A stretch of 64,000 nt of DNA from the human T2T-CHM13v2.0 reference genome, Homo sapiens, in assembly GCF_009914755.1 (NCBI RefSeq), contig NC_060941.1. One strand, given 5' to 3'. The position numbers and the translations under genes are program-made. Shown in pieces: positions 1 to 18,129 of this stretch. Positions within the stretch are counted from its first letter, which is position 1; the number at the start of each line of letters is the position of its first letter. Below the pieces are notes generated by a model. That model had not been told where the DNA came from and searched no databases. It worked only from the letters and a program-made list of their open reading frames with translations.

Positions 1-382
1 TCCTTGAGAAAAAGGATTCCAGGGTTAACTAAATTGGAGAAATGCTGTCTATCATAATTCCTGTTAGAAAATTCACAGTAACATTAATATGCCACATGTT
101 CTGAGAAATCCTGCAGTAAGATAGCAACTATTTGTCTTGGTTAAACTCAGTATTTTTCATAAGACTTTCCCACCAACCTAATATCTGTTGATATTTCACC
201 TTATTTTGGGAATCACTGACCGAATTATTTTAGGTAATCATCATATGTCTTTGATTCTAAGATCTGCATTTTTATTTCCACACTTGAACACTTCTCAAAT
301 TGAAATGTGTCATGAAGTACAATTTATTCTACTATTAAGCTATTAATTCTCTCATAATTTTGAAGAAATACTGTTTATTTCA

Positions 383-1189
<807 letters not shown>

Positions 1190-1269
1190 TTAAATTAGCC
1201 CTATATTATCTATACTAATTAATACAATATAAATGCTATGTAAATAGTTGTTATACTATTTTGGTTTTT

Positions 1270-1920
<651 letters not shown>

Positions 1921-2368
1921 TCTTGTTTCTTTTTTCTCAAATATTTGTGATCTGAGATTGGTTGAGTCCACATGGATACAAAGGGCTGTTTTACTGATAA
2001 AGTTTAAATACATTAATAAACTCAAAAACATTTTGTAAATTATAAAGCACAATCCAAATGTTAGTATTATTTGAATCTTTACTATCACTGTGGTTAAATT
2101 TGAGATGGAAAAAAGAGGAGAGGTAGAAGTCAAACTTATCCTTCTTTCCCATAGTTAGGTGATCATATAGTTTACTATTCAAAACAGGACACTTTTGAGA
2201 ATAAAAAGTGTGCTATTAATAATTGTGTTGGAATAATATGTGTAAACCAGGACCGTCTTGGCCAAACCAAGATATATGCTCATTTTACCCACAATGCAAC
2301 ATAGAATCCTGTTCATGAAACACAAGAAGTCACAATAACTCCTAGTCCTGATTATTTTTCTATTCTTA

Positions 2369-2497
<129 letters not shown>

Positions 2498-2998
2498 CTA
2501 TGCCAGAAAAACTGAATATGAGAAACATTCCAACAGAACAAAATCCCTAAACTAAACTATTTTCATGATTTTAAGCTCTAGTGAGGAGAGAACTTTGTAT
2601 CATTTAAAACCTAACATTAATGGAAAATTTCTTTGCCCGGCTTGATTATAATAGCCTTTTCGTCCATCACATGTTCCATCTTTGTTTTCTTAAACATAAC
2701 AGCAAAACAACTCTTCGATTTTTTCACCTTTCTTTTCCTCAGTTTTCTGAGTAAAAACATATATGTCTAAATACCCTCACCCAAAACTGTGTGGATGATC
2801 AGCCTCATTTAATAAGTCAATCTGCTTTACCCATAATACTTCTACACCACTTCTCTCTGCTCTCAGAAGGAGTTTAGGGACTCATACTCCATTTTAGTAA
2901 GAAAAAAGTAATTAGGAAAATGAATCTGCAGCTAAAGTGGGAAATCATCTGACTCTAGATACCTGGCTAAACAGACATGTCTTCATCTTGTTACATAC

Positions 2999-3054
2999 CT
3001 TTTTGCTCTCCTCCATTTCATGTTCAAACATGGCACTAAAAACCGGAGAACGAG
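2999..3054 (-). CDS. SPOP: SPOP coding exon c.659-714 (BTB; ARSPVFSAMFEHEMEESKK)
   Basis: Manual translation; tag|CT and AAG|gtatgt; 56 nt. Confidence 0.99.
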
Positions 3055-4025
3055 CTACAAAGTCAAAGAGAAACAAGCAGATAAGGCTATCACAGTGAAA
3101 TCTCTTGGTTGTTGCCAGTCATGAGGGAGAGATCATTTTCTAACCTATCCTACTGCTATAGGAAAGGTCTCTACCTCAATTTACATCAGAATTACAAAAT
3201 TCCTTTCTTCATATATTATAACAATAAGTAACTAATTATAATACATAAAGGAAAATAAGAAACCACTACTTCCAAAATAACTTATCGGCTCTACTCCAAC
3301 CATTCACATTTCAAGAAAATTACTTATCTATGTTGGATGATAATGCTATGTTCTCTGTATAGATTTGGGGTTCAAATGGAAGGTCCCTTATGATCAAGCA
3401 GGGTGTTCTAATACCTATGTTTTTGTTGGAACTGACACCATACTTTCTGCACCTCCAGGGACTGCACAGGAAGAAGGTCAAGAACTGGGCTCAATGGCAT
3501 CCACTAACCAGATGAAGCGCATGCTCACCTATGGCAAACTGTCTGTTTTTCTAAGCTATGCATTCCTAACAGAGATGATATTGCCCCAAAGAGGTGGGGG
3601 GGGAAAGAAACTTTAGATATTATAATGATTTGTGTCCCTTTAAAGCACAACCCTACCTGATAAAATCTTCTTCCTTAGTATTTTATTTCTCTCATCAGGG
3701 AGAATTTAAATTTAGTTTTTCTCCTTAGAGGCAGGGATAATGAAGGTTGGAAGGTTGAGAAACAGTGCTCCAACTCATGCTCATTCTAGTCCAATGAACA
3801 CCATGAAAAATAATAATCTCAACCACGAAAAGTAATAGAATGGCTAAGAACTCAAATTTGTTCATGTTGTCAAATAAATCAGGGGTTCTGGTGAAAGCTG
3901 AGATCCAACGATTACCTAAGAGTGAAAGAATGGACAAAATATATAGTAGAAGGGTTTTGAGCTAACAGAGAACTGGAAATTTTGGCCTATAGTTTATGTC
4001 AGAAAGCACTAATTTTAGCTCTGCC

Positions 4026-4333
<308 letters not shown>

Positions 4334-4480
4334 TAGCTCTGCCATTTTCTAACCACATATTCTTGGGCAAATCACTTAACCCTCTGAACTTCAGTATTTT
4401 AATTTCTACCGAAAGGATATCAATTCTCATTGTTCTTATTTCAGAAGGGTTACAGACCATAGAGAACTAAATAAATATAT
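4334..4480 (+). mobile_element. MIR fragment
   Basis: Core-like cttgggcaaatcacttaaccctctgaacttcagt. Confidence 0.65.
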
Positions 4481-4589
4481 TTCAGAAATTAAAGACTAAA
4501 GGCCCGGTGCTTTTCATAAAGAAGGAAGGGTCCAAAGCAGCCAGGTCTTGAGGGTCCTCGGTAAATAGGCAGCAGCTGATGCAACGGGA

Positions 4590-5330
4590 ATAAATGAAAT
4601 CACTCAGGGAGAAGAAGTGGAATGAAAACGGAACTGAAGCAGATCCTCAGGGCTCACCAATGTATAAAGGGATTGGTGAGGAAGAAGTAAGGAGACCACA
4701 CATCAGAAGCAACCAGAGAATCAGGAGAGAGGAGTCCTAGTATATGAACTAAAGTCCTTCAAATTTAGGAACCAGTAGATCATGTAATTTTGAAAAACTG
4801 CTTTCATAGCATGGAGGTGAACTGAGGATAAGTGGGAGGAAAGGAAGTAGAAAGTGAATATGCTAACTCAAGAAACTCAGTTCTGGGGAAAAGAGAGAGA
4901 GAATAACTAGAGGGAGAAGCTTGGAGCCTGTACAGGCTGAAGGTGAAGAGGCAATAACAGAGAGATAGTGAAGATACTAGATAGATAGCAAGGGTATAAC
5001 CGGTAGAGTAAGGTTTCTGAGAAGGCAAGATGGGATATAAAACAGAGCAGAGGTAGAAAAAAAGTCTGCTTTGTCCACGAGGAAGAACACCTCCACTGAG
5101 AATGCAGGTGAGGTAAGAAGCAAGAGTTGAGGAAGTTCCTACAAAAGGGCCTCCTTTTCTCTTGGAGGAAGTAGGCAAGGTAATCTTTTAGGAGTTTGGA
5201 AGGAGTTAAAGAGTGGTTAAGGTTTGAGACAGCTATCGTTAAGAAAGGGAGTTGCCTAAACATCTGTAGAAAAACTATTGGCAGTGTTGAGGGCCTAGCT
5301 AAGTGTGGAGACACTAACCAAAGAGTTATA
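4590..5330 (-). mobile_element. Diverged L2 LINE fragments
   Basis: Purine-rich L2 antisense-like sequence (gaggaagaagtaaggagacc...gagaatcaggag). Confidence 0.45.
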
Positions 5331-5331
5331 G

Positions 5332-5698
<367 letters not shown>

Positions 5699-6363
5699 TA
5701 GACTGAGGCAGTCTGAGGTTTTACCAGGTGTGTACTTTAGAATGACGGAGCGGAGGGTCTTAGTAAGAAGTGTGTTACTTGAAGGTTCACACAATTTCCT
5801 GTTAGGTCTTATGGTCTTAAGAGAAGTATACGGTGATTGTTACCCTTCCCTGGGCGGTGAAGTCAGTCCTTCCTCATCAGTTCCTCCTTGGTGTCAATCT
5901 CCCTGGTCTTGAAAACCATGGGCCTATTAAAGCAAGACCTGATCCTCCATGTCAGGGGCAAGAGTTTCATTCTTCTAGTATGTTTAAATTGAAAAGAGGG
6001 CTAACCCCTCCAGGGCTGAGGACTAGCTAGATGGCATTTAGTCCTGAGTATAGAATCCTCTCCATTACATCCTAAACCCTTATCTAGGGGTTGATACCTG
6101 CTCTTAACTGGTGCTCTGACATCTACTCTCTAGGGGCAAAGGCATTCAATACCTTTGTACATCATCATCCATGCCTTGAAAATGATGGCCTAGGTCCACT
6201 ACAGAGAGGAAAAACAGAAATGTCATTTTAGAGAGCAGCTTTTTTGGTTCTGAGCATTGTTACCGGAATACAAAGATATATTTAGCTGCAGTTTGTTTTG
6301 TAGTTGAGTTCAAAAAGTTGAAGTTGTTCAAAAGGTGATTATGCAATCACTTGTTTTTCCTTA

Positions 6364-6657
<294 letters not shown>

Positions 6658-7014
6658 TTACCTAACTGCTGTAGTACATTCAGATACTAATATTAATCAT
6701 ATTATCTTGAAACCACCTCCACAAATCAAGGCTTTAGCCCCGGATCAAGTAACTCCTTTTCTGTCACAATCAGACTTATTCTATACCATCTCAGGACAAT
6801 AGGAAGAGAGCCCCACAAATCTCTTTTTCCCCCAGTTTCTAATAAGCTTCACCTCCCTTGGACTACAAACCTGGGCAAAGGTGCCAGAGAGACAAAACTA
6901 ACAGAAACAAATGTTAAACCTCAAGTATTTACCTTATTCTGCCTTAAGTTCAATACAAAGAACTCCTATAAATACTACCATTTAAATTAAACTCTAGAGA
7001 CAAGAATCTGATCA

Positions 7015-7313
7015 CTTTTTTTTTTTTTTTGAGACAGAGTCTCACTATGTCACCCAGGATGGAGTCCAGTAGCATGATCATGGCTCACTGCAGCGTTGAC
7101 CTCCCAGGCTCAAGTGATCCTTCTACTCTAGCCTCTGGAGTAGCTGGGACTACAGGCGCATGCCACTACATCTGACTAATTTTTTATTTGTTTACAGAGA
7201 CAAGGTCTCACTATGTTGCCCAGGATGATGTTGAACTCCTGGGCTCAAAGTGATCCTCCATCCTTGGCCTCCCAAAGTGCTAAGATTATAGGCATGAGCC
7301 ACTGCACCTCGCC
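7015..7313 (-). mobile_element. AluJ
   Basis: Reverse Alu with J-type ggctcaagtgatcc. Confidence 0.92.
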
Positions 7314-9319
7314 AAATCTAATAACTGAAGCCTAAAAGACGTTATTTTAGTTAGGTCGAGAACATGCACATAAAACGCATCTTCTACAGAGCCTGGTAAA
7401 TAACTGGCACTTCTTCAAAAATATTAGTTTAATGAACATGACATTATTGACCCACTGTCAGTAAGGACCAGACTTGGAAGATCTTTCTAGTAGTGAAAAC
7501 TGGGTGAGTATCCCACACTTTTATACCTTTAGTCAGTTGTGATAATGACATACAAGATGCTTGGCTGTAGCTACACATGCACTTATAGCTTTGGAAGATA
7601 ATGATGACAATAGGTTTATAAAGGAATCCCAACTTCCCACTATGGCTTCAGCAGAAGCATGTTTTAACCAGTTCAGCCTAGGTAAAAAACCAAGTTAACT
7701 TCTAGGTGAGTCAGTGAAACTCAGATAAATCTGTTAGGGTACCAAATACAAGGATTTATAAATCATACAACATCATAAAATAAATGTCAGTTGCCCAACT
7801 GTAGATAGGACACTGCAGATCAGTCATCTGCCTAACAATTGTTGTTATGCTTCATCTCCTACATCACATTCTGTTAGAAAAGTTAAATTCAAAGCAGAAC
7901 TCACAAACCTTGAGAATTAGCTCCCCACTCTTGCTGTTCCTAACAGTAAGATGAGAAAGACAGCTTAGGAACATCCTTAATGACCCAGATTTCTTTTAAC
8001 CTTCAAGATGCAAGTCATCCCTTAAACGCAGTCATAAGCCCAGAGGCAAAGTTAATGACCTGTAGTTCCTTCTGTGCAGGAGTGAGATATTTACTATCAG
8101 GTCAAGAAATTTATTCATTTGTTTAAAACTAGCTGTTATGGTCTTGGGCAATGAAACAGCCAAGTTAATCAATTATGAATATACTTGGCATTAGTATCAC
8201 ATTTATCAGAGCCAGATTATAACATTATTTTAATAGCCTAGGACACAGTACAAACCATCCCATAGAGATTCTCTCTTGTCCTTTATAAGACCTCTAATTT
8301 GCTTCTGCCACTTTCTCATATTAATACCCTCACTTCTTTGACATAACATTAACACTGAAAGTAGAAGTTGCCTGTTCTCAGTTATAGCTCTAAAATACTA
8401 ATTTAAAAAAAAAAAAAAAAAAGGAAAAGACCAATTAAATCCAACTTTCTCACAGGGAAAGGCAGGAATCTCCTGGGATGGCCAATGAAGGGAATGGAGA
8501 ATGCTTTTGGCACTGGGTTCCTAGCTTGAATTAAACCAGGTTGACAGGAGCCCAAAGTCATTAACACTTGATGGCAATTTAGTAGACTGGGTGAAATGAA
8601 TTGGCAAGAAGAGCTAAACTGAATTTCACATAATCAAACCATAGTTACCAGTGGGCCTTCTGCTGGTTAGATGCACATGTGGTAATGAGTGGGGCCCAAA
8701 GGCTGTGACATCTCTCACTGGGGCAATTCCTCTCTCTGGACACAGACAGGAACACAGCAGAAAAGAGAATGTACCTTTATTGTCTGAGCCAGGCTTGTTC
8801 TGTAGATATATAGATGCCTGGAGTCTCCAGAGCTCTGAATGTCTGGCACCTCTCACCAACATTAAATACGCTTAATTAAAAATAAATTCTAAATGGCATT
8901 CACAAATGAGTCTTCAGAGCCCAAACTTTTAACTTAGAAAGGGATTGTTTTCCTCTGCAAATGATGATGCTAAAATGAGACCATTCTGAGAAAAACTAAA
9001 GATTTTTTTTAATGCCTATAAAGTTGACTGGGGAGACTCATTCAGAACTGCAGCTGTGAAGATGACGTGACTGTGACATTTATGTCATCTTATAAATGAC
9101 TGCATGAAAATGTCTCAGGAAGGCTGTATAATCTCCTTAACTTCAAGTTGTAAAAGGGTCTCACTTTTAAAGTCAATCCTTTTCTTAAAAAAACAAATTT
9201 CATAAAAAACTAAAGATTGTGCCAATTCTTGTACATTTCATCTATACATAAAGTAAAACCCAGGGAAATACATTTTTTAACTTCTATATAATTAAAACAA
9301 TCTAGGAAAAACAGACACT

Positions 9320-9770
9320 GCCTACAAATTATTTACAACAGGAGCACTATTTCTACTAGCAAAAGATTAGCAACAACCTAAATGTCCATCAACAAAAGAA
9401 TGAATAAATTATACATTCACACAAGACTATTATATACAGCACTAAATATGGATGAAGTATAGTTATATAAATTTTAGAAACATAATGTGAAAAAGCAAAT
9501 CTTAGATGACTACATACAGTCTGACACCATTTTTATAAAGCTCCAAAACAAGTAACCTAAACAATATATTATTCAGACATACAAATAATAAACAAGTGCA
9601 TGATAACATAAAATTCAAAATAGCTATTTATCATCCTCTGAGTGGGGAAACAAATCTTAGGGATTGGGGAGAAGCATTACAGGTTAGTTCCAAGTTATTG
9701 GTCATATTTTTAGGTTGAGTGGTGGGTTTAGTATATTCTCATGCTTTATAACCTACAATGATGTTACCTA
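9320..9770 (+). mobile_element. Old L1M (L1MC/L1ME-type) 3' fragment
   Basis: caacctaaatgtccatcaacaaaagaatgaataaatt motif. Confidence 0.65.
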
Positions 9771-9930
9771 TTGAATCACCATTTGTGTAGGTCAAGAACA
9801 AGCAAATATTGGTATTTTCATCCAGTACAAATAATATATTCAAATAATCCAATAATTAAAGGATAAAAAGGTAAAAATGAATAGATTCATTTATTTAAAA
9901 TTTAGCAAAAATACCTATTCCCATGCTATG

Positions 9931-9932
<2 letters not shown>

Positions 9933-9964
<32 letters not shown>
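9933..9964 (+). repeat. (GT)16 microsatellite
   Basis: Direct reading. Confidence 0.97.
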
Positions 9965-9967
<3 letters not shown>

Positions 9968-9984
9968 AAACTATTAGTTTAAAA

Positions 9985-10335
<351 letters not shown>

Positions 10336-10609
10336 AGTTAATTAGTGTCTGGATATTTCACATTTATGTTATTTCATATTTCATCTTTAGTTACAACATG
10401 ACAAAGAGGTTCTGGGATTATCTACCTGTCAAAGGCATATATGGTAAAGTTGGAATACAATGCTTCTTTATTGCTAATGGCTATTTGTTTTCAATATAAA
10501 TAATTGGAGAAAAGGGTCAATAGAAGCTGAACTATTTCATGAAGATTTTCTGTGGACCAAATTATTAAAGAGAAAATTTAAAATGGAATTTAAACATGCC
10601 TTCATGTCT

Positions 10610-10612
10610 CTA

Positions 10613-10643
<31 letters not shown>

Positions 10644-10795
10644 ACAGGGACTAATTATGTTGTCCAGGTAGGAGTGCAATGGCTACTCACAAGCACGATC
10701 ATAGCACACCACAACCTCGATCTCCTGGGCTCAAGTGATCCTCTTGCATCAGCCTCAGGAGTAGCTGGGAACCACAGGGGTGGGCCACCACTCCT
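10610..10795 (-). mobile_element. FAM/FLAM-type Alu monomer with (TTTA)n tail
   Basis: ggctactcacaagcacgatcatagcacac is FAM-like. Confidence 0.75.
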
Positions 10796-11191
10796 GACTC
10801 TTATGTCTCTCTCTTTCATTACCAAAGTAAATGCTCTGTCAAGAAAACTTGGGACCCGAGTTTGTGCTTCCTTGGGTGAATGGCATTCAGCTCCACTTAG
10901 TGTAGTGCAGCGGACTAGAGATAGAAAATAGGGAGCTGACATGACCCTCGCACTAGTTTGCTGCACAATGTTAGGAAAAATTTCCTGACTCCCTGGGCAC
11001 TGCTTCTCTCCCCTTGTAACATGAAATGAAGAAAACAGAACTAAACCTAGCTCAAAGGATTGTAATAAGGGACAATTCAGGAAATGCTTTGGAAATGCTT
11101 CCAAATAAGTTAACTAAGCAATAACAACTTGGAAGAACTGCCACATTTCCTAATAGGTAAAACATCACTGAGAACTGAAAGTGATCTCAGT

Positions 11192-11233
11192 GTCTACAGT
11201 CATATCACCCTGAACACGCCTGATTTTGTCTGA
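11192..11233 (+). pseudogene. 3'-truncated (tailless) 5S rRNA retropseudogene, first 42 nt of 5S
   Basis: gtctacagtcatatcaccctgaacacgcctgattttgtctga vs 5S GTCTACGGCCATACCACCCTGAACGCGCCCGATCTCGTCTGA: 35/42, all transitions; flanking direct repeats at 11175-11191 and 11230-11246. Confidence 0.88.
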
Positions 11234-12739
11234 AAGTGAACTCAATGTAGGGCACATTATAAACAAGACCACCCATTCATCATTTTCAGAGTCCACAATC
11301 TAATTTCATTTAAACATTCAACAACAGGAATACCACTGAAATAAAGGCCAAACATAAAAGGGTGCTTCTCGGTCTTCCACCATAGGAGTCCCTCTTGTGG
11401 CCTCTGGGAGCACCAGAATCCCTATGAAACAACTGTATTTATTGTATCAGGATGAGAATGAGAAGTGCCTCAGTCAAAGGCTGAGTGACGAATGGGGCAC
11501 TGGGGTACTAGAACCTAGATTTCTATCTGGACATCAACTTCATAAAAGCCTCTAAACAATATGAAAATACTAATCAAACCAATAACAAACAAAATGTAAA
11601 TATGAATTAAAACAAGTGTGTTTATAAATATTCCACTGATAGAAGGGAAACAACAGGTCAAAGGGATAAAATGTGCACCAAAAATGATCTAGCTATGAAA
11701 AGTGCTAAGAACTTAGATGAGCTGCAGACATCCTTAAAACCCACACATCCAATACACACCCCCACGCAACCGTCTTGCAACGCTGAATGCTACTAAGTCC
11801 ACAGAGAGCCTTGGAACAGAAACAAGTCTCACTAGGCATAAGCCCAAGTATGAGAAGCAACACTCAGCACCTGTGGCCAACAGAGAAGTGTGAGAGGAAC
11901 AGATGGCACACCTGGTTCGATGGTAAGAAACCGATGGCATCAGCAGAACCCAGCAGACGTTACCCTGTTCAACATCTCCTCGTTTCTAAAGTGTCATCTC
12001 ACTTCCCATCTAAGTCAAGGCACATCTAAACTTAACCACAGGATTTCTCCTAAGAGAATTTCATATGGGGAAGTGAAGGGAGAGAGCGAGCGAGCTGGAA
12101 CTTGGCCTCGGATTTAACCACAGGATAAGAGACTGCCAAGTGAGGGCAGGCCAACTGGCTTCCAAATCAAGACTGTGAAGACAGGGGTTGGAGCAGCTGG
12201 AATGGATTGGGAAGAGAGGGGGAAGCATATGAGAAAAGGCTGGACCCACTGTGGACTCAAAAAAGCTGCAGTAAAGGTTATGGTATTGCCTAACACTGCC
12301 AGATGCAGTATTTAGGGGAGATTTTCTTCAGAGAACAGTTTAAAGATTGGCTTTCATTTCCAATAGAAACTAGAATTTTCTACTATTTTTAAGTTTTTCT
12401 GAAATGCAAGTCTGTAAGATAGGTGAAGATTCAAACTGTGATCTGTTTACATAACATCTAACCTCATGTAAAACCAACTAAATTCTCATTTCTTCATTCA
12501 GGCAACTGAGTATAATCTGTGACGTTAGATTTACACAGAATTCACACTCCAAGTTTATCAGACATAAAAGAACTGCCACATTTTATGTATTTATTATAGA
12601 TGCTATCACTCTAGTATTTCCTTCTTTTACTTGGTAATTAAAAAGGAGAGGGGATACCAAATTATGCAAACTATATTTTACATATTTAGTGTGGTATTAT
12701 AAGAAACTGCCTCCAAAGTTTTCTAATCACTTGCAACTA

Positions 12740-13087
<348 letters not shown>

Positions 13088-14046
13088 CTACCGACCGCTA
13101 GGCCTTTTCTGCAAAAGGGCAAGATTCCTAAGGGACTCCATTCCCTGCTACTCAGGTGGTGATATGCCTTTGAAACTGTCATTAACTCACAGTGTGAGCC
13201 TATTATTTGACCGAGCGAGTTGGCAATTGGGGAACAACTGTACCATCCCCCATGATGATACACTGTTTATTATTATCAAGCGGTGCTGCTCAGGAAGTGG
13301 TTCCTCAACCTATGTGCAGGGAACACTAATGCCCCAGTTGACTGGAGATTTTATTCATTTATTACACTGTGAGCTTGTCAGTATTTCTAAATGTATTCAT
13401 AACAGCATGAAATGACTAATCAGTATATACTCATTAAAGAAACCACTTTCCAACTCATTCTTGGTTTGGGAATTTTATTTCAAGGCTTCTCCTGTAAACC
13501 TGGGAAAAGCTCTTAGGTCACTGGTGAGAGGACTTTCCTAACTGACTACAGATAACTCTGTGAGCTAACTGTGAGTTAGAGAGCTTTACATAGCCTTCAC
13601 CCTAGAAAAAAAATGGTTCTCACCTTCTTATTTCACAATTACTCCAGCAAGACAAACCATAGGCCTCAACTCTTGATAAGAATCTAGTTCAAAGAGCAGA
13701 AAAGGTAAGTAATCTGCAAACACACATGGCCCTCACACTTAAGGAGCCAGAAAGTATAAACAACAGATACACATATTTAGCTTGATGTGACAGTCCTTTC
13801 AAATGCTATCTGAAAAAAATCCCACAGTGAAAACTCCTGACCCAAGCAACTTAAAACTGACACATACCAAGGTAGCATACATACAACCTTTGTTTTTAAG
13901 AACAGTAACAAGTGGAAAGCTGAGATGCCCAACAACCTTGAAATCATCAGGTAGCTCAATCAGTCACATAAATAACATTTGTGCAGCACTACTCCACTTG
14001 GGGCTTTTTCTTACTCTACATCCCTGATACAATATAATTAAGTCTA

Positions 14047-14534
<488 letters not shown>

Positions 14535-14651
14535 TCAAAAGCATCCATTTTGATAGAACTGGAAATCAGACTCAAGAGAGGGAGATGTTTAAAAAACAAA
14601 TGCAGGCCCCATAGAAGAATATAATTCAGTAGAATGACTAGTTGGGAACAA

Positions 14652-14943
14652 CTTTTTTCTCTTTTTTTTTGAGACATGGTCTTACTCTATCGTCCAGGCT
14701 GGAGTGCAGTGGTATGATCATGGCTTACTGCAACCTCGATCTCCCTGGGCTCAGGTGATCCTCCCACCCCAGCCTCCCGAGTAGCGGGGACTACAGATGT
14801 GCACCACCATGGCCAGCTAATTTTTGTAGAGATGGGGTTTCGCCATATTGCCCAGGCTGGTCTTGAATGCTTGAGCTCAAGCGATCCGTCTGCCTCAGCC
14901 TCCCAGAGTGCTGGGATTACAGGAATAAGCAACCACACCTGGC
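14652..14943 (-). mobile_element. AluJ
   Basis: Reverse Alu; TSD-like tgggaacaacttt / tgggaaccacttt. Confidence 0.92.
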
Positions 14944-14996
14944 TGGGAACCACTTTCGTAAAGCAAAATGGGTCACCTTTTAAAAAGTAAACAACA

Positions 14997-15606
<610 letters not shown>

Positions 15607-16139
15607 GTGTGAATAATCTTTTATAGATAATAATATACATAATCTTTTATAGATATTTTACCAATCTGGCAACAATATTCTAAGACTAAAATAAAAGAGG
15701 CAATATGAAGGAAGCACAGACAAAAGTAAATTATCATTACGCAGCACAGAATTCCAGGCCAGACTTCTAAATAGTGTTAGAGATGCCAATCTGTTACGGA
15801 GAGATCAAAACAAAATTCAGACAGAATAGGTTCAACTAAGTTGTAAATGTCATTAGTCAAATGCATGGGTTTCAGGCACTGCTTCTACCACATGCAATAC
15901 ACAGGTCATATGTATCCTTAAGCCTTATCTGTATTATTGCACCTCTCTCAAACAGGTGGCCCAATCCAGTGTCTCTCTAGGGAGTGCATATGCTACATAC
16001 ATTACTATACACCTTGCTAATGATGAGGATTTAAATACAATGTCTAAGAATAAACATCTCTCTCAACACTTAGTAGTAAAATGCACAATATATAGCCAAA
16101 AAATACTAAATGAATGAAAAAATAACTTTTGGTGGGTTA

Positions 16140-16865
16140 TCAGAGGTCAAAACTGGTGGTTCAGAGACTTGCGTTTTGGTCTTTGCAGTGGGTATATGGT
16201 TGTATCCTCAACTGCCTGCTCCTCAGGCAAGATGACACATAGTCTGAATGAGACTGATCCTCACTCCTGGATCATATTTTCCCTGCTCCAGGGATTGGTT
16301 CAGGGAATGCAAACGTAAAACAATTGGTGCATGTACGACATATTCCTGGCCACACAGTTCAGAGAAAGCTCAAAGACTTTTGCTAGCATGTAGTAGATTA
16401 TACCCATTGGTACTGCCAGTTATCCCTTAAGCACAAGAGAAGCCAGACCTGAGATGTCCAAGAGCGTGGAGAACAGGGCCAGGGCAGAGATGGTGTTCTT
16501 ACTCTAACTACTGGCTTGCTGGATCAAGCTACCTTCAAACCCATCCTATACCCTGTCAATACAGTTACATAAGCAAATAAATCCCCTTTCTTGTTTAAAA
16601 GCAGGCAATTTAAAAGTAAAGAGATTTTTATGTTAAAATCTAGATTTCTTGCTTTTCTTGAAAAATCAGAAAATCTGGCAAGGGTCAGCCCTTACTCATG
16701 CATAGCTATAGTTAGCTGGAGCTGAGTAGCCAGCACCTCTTTTAGAAGAACACTCACTAGTTTGCCAAGCAGTCACCAGTCATTCCATTTATGGATATCA
16801 TTTATAACACTGGCTTTCTTTATTTATTTACATTACCCTATAGCTTGAGTTTGCTGATTTCTGAT
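16140..16865 (+). mobile_element. MER102-like hAT element with an MLT1-like LTR inserted (~16200-16600)
   Basis: ttttcttgaaaaatcagaaaatctggcaa...gctggagctgagtagc (MER102-like); aaataaatcccctttcttgtttaa (MLT1 3' end-like). Confidence 0.55.
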
Positions 16866-16869
16866 ATAC

Positions 16870-16995
16870 TCATTGAATTAGTTCAACAAACATTTAGTGA
16901 GTACCTATTATGTGCCAGGCACTGTGCTAGGCACTGGGAAATACAGTAAGAACAAAACAAAAGTCCTGGCCTTCATGGAAATTACATTCTTGTCA
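16870..16995 (-). mobile_element. L2 3' end
   Basis: ttcaacaaacatttagtgagtacctattatgtgccaggcactgtgctaggc. Confidence 0.8.
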
Positions 16996-17064
16996 GTGTC
17001 CCATAAAACCAAACAAAACAGACAACTTCAGAAAAATTTTTACAGTTAGACGTATTCTTCCTCA

Positions 17065-17310
<246 letters not shown>

Positions 17311-17846
17311 TCAGGTTTTTCTCACCTTATGTTCCTCATCCACATTTTAAGAAATCTCACACTGACCAATAGCTTTTATAACTTTTTTCAGCTGCTGAGA
17401 ACACTGGATGGAAAGTGAGAGAAACATACAGGAAAAACAGAAACAAAAAACCCACCACCACCATGGACAGGGCTGGGAAAGCATATGATAAAACCGTACT
17501 TAAAATGGGTCTCTGTTATTAAAATGTTGATGTCACTGCCTGGGGTTGCACATCTCAAACTTGTTTCCCCAACAGAGGAAACTCAGAACACACTTTCATC
17601 AAGGGCAATGTAAGCAGATCTAGTTTCAAAGATTCCCCCTTTCAACCTCCACTGAAAAACACTAGCCTAGGGAATTTAGATTCCACATGGAAAACTAAGG
17701 AACCTGAGGCTAACAAGTATCTTATCTATCTGCTCTTTGGCAGTTATGTTCCAGAGAAAGCAAGAAGCCCAATGTAGAAAAGCAATCCTACTCCTTTCGT
17801 CCACCAAATCCTCCCCAGATGCAAGATTCACAGGCTGAAAACTTCA

Positions 17847-17996
<150 letters not shown>

Positions 17997-18129
17997 CTGG
18001 TCAGATCCAAGAAGCAAGAAAACTTTATTAGATTATTAAGATACGATCCTAACTATTGTTTGACCTGATAGAGGCTGGAAATTTTGTCTCCACATTGTTT
18101 GAGTGGCTCCTTACCACTGAGGTCCTAAA

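Noticed and set aside
7707-7713. AP-1 site TGAGTCA (others near 21301, 30383, 36788)
   Set aside because: Isolated 7-mers occur at chance frequency
11930-11995. ADVTLFNISSFLK resembling an RTE RT motif
   Set aside because: Single short motif without supporting neighbours
13184-13200. CAGTG-loop hairpin (IRE-like) and cacagtg RSS heptamer
   Set aside because: Stem geometry is wrong for an IRE and it is intronic and antisense; no nonamer recognised at 12/23 spacing
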